Source of the DNA: a virus
Lineage: Duplodnaviria; Caudoviricetes
Reading direction: 5' to 3' (one strand)
Length of the DNA: 25,498 nt
Virus record (IMG/VR): IMGVR_UViG_3300048578_000460
Coordinates: 1 to 25,498 of that record
Shown: piece by piece, positions 25,008 through 25,498 of the stretch
How positions within the stretch are numbered: position 1 is the stretch's first letter
Layout of the letters: every line of letters starts with the position of its first letter
Position numbers and translations under genes: made by a program
Notes under the pieces: model-generated
What the model was told of the DNA's origin: nothing
Database searches by the model: none
What the model saw: the letters and a program-made list of their open reading frames with translations, nothing else

Positions 25008-25075
25008 TTTTGCCGGTTATAGTTGGAAATTGGAGGTAGTTTACCGGCAATCGTATACCGGGACCTTATTTAATC

Positions 25076-25498
25076 ATGAAAACACTCCATTTGTTTGCGT
25101 TTACATCCCTGCTCCTGTTTTTAAGTCTGGCTGCGTGTCAGGATAAATCCAGCGATGAAAACCGGGGCGGATCTGCGTCAGAAATACGAGAGTTTAGTAA
25201 GCTCAGCGCGGACGAAGTCGCTATGGACGTTGACTTAAACGAGGCCCCGGCTCGCGCACCAGCATCACCGTCAGATGCGCCTCAGGACATTCCGAAAAAA
25301 CTGATCCGCACCGGTCAACTGACGGTTAAAAGTACGGACCTCCCTGCCGCAAAACGCAAGGTTGATTCGCTGGTAACGCTGCACGAGGCGTTTTATGAAA
25401 ACGAGTCGCTGGAAAACACCAGTTTACTTTCGCGGTACGATTTGCGCATCCGTATTCCGGCGGACAAATTCGATGCATTTCTGGGCGGACTGCAGGGA
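25076..25498 (+). CDS. Host DUF4349-type lipoprotein, truncated by the window end
   Basis: MKTLHLFAFTSLLLFLSLAA-C lipobox; KLIRTGQLTV and LRIRIPADKFDAFL; open to the window edge. Confidence 0.8.
   Translation, partial: MKTLHLFAFTSLLLFLSLAACQDKSSDENRGGSASEIREFSKLSADEVAMDVDLNEAPARAPASPSDAPQDIPKKLIRTGQLTVKSTDLPAAKRKVDSLVTLHEAFYENESLENTSLLSRYDLRIRIPADKFDAFLGGLQG

Larger units (their letters stand above)
1..25021. mobile_element. Mu-like transposable prophage (left end outside the window)
   Basis: MuA, MuB, Gam, GemA and Mor plus Mu gp28/gp29/gp30/gp31/gp32/gp36-type head genes; tandem end repeats at 24974-25007; host-type gene begins at 25076. The exact last base is inferred. Confidence 0.93.

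Overview
Almost the whole window (1 to about 25021) is a compact Mu-like transposable prophage. The left end and the repressor/ner genes lie upstream of the window. The early operon (+) encodes a MuA DDE transposase, MuB ATPase, Gam, GemA, a Mor-family activator and small unknown ORFs. It is followed by a C4-type antisense-RNA/Bro-N antirepressor cassette and a lipoprotein moron. The late genes are split into two divergent arms around a symmetric promoter at about 14958. The minus arm runs holin-like protein, terminase small, terminase large, portal, two inserted genes, MuF with a nuclease-like extension, gpG and a small membrane protein. The plus arm runs protease/scaffold, capsid, gp36, DUF5675 lysin, a membrane/gp37-like fusion, two paralogous tail-tube-like proteins, a hub-like protein and the tape measure protein. 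Tandem 12-bp repeats just after the tape measure gene mark the probable right end, and a host DUF4349-type lipoprotein gene follows. A-rich starts without Shine-Dalgarno sequences, TAnnTTT-type promoters and the protein types suggest a Bacteroidota/FCB host (inference). The most unusual signal is a 76-nt tRNA-like RNA with its own promoter that converges on the MuF-nuclease gene where an immunity gene would be expected. Others are a second tRNA-like element in the early operon, heptamer repeats in four late-gene leaders, and a minimal, reordered tail module. All family assignments come from motif recognition by eye; no searches were run.
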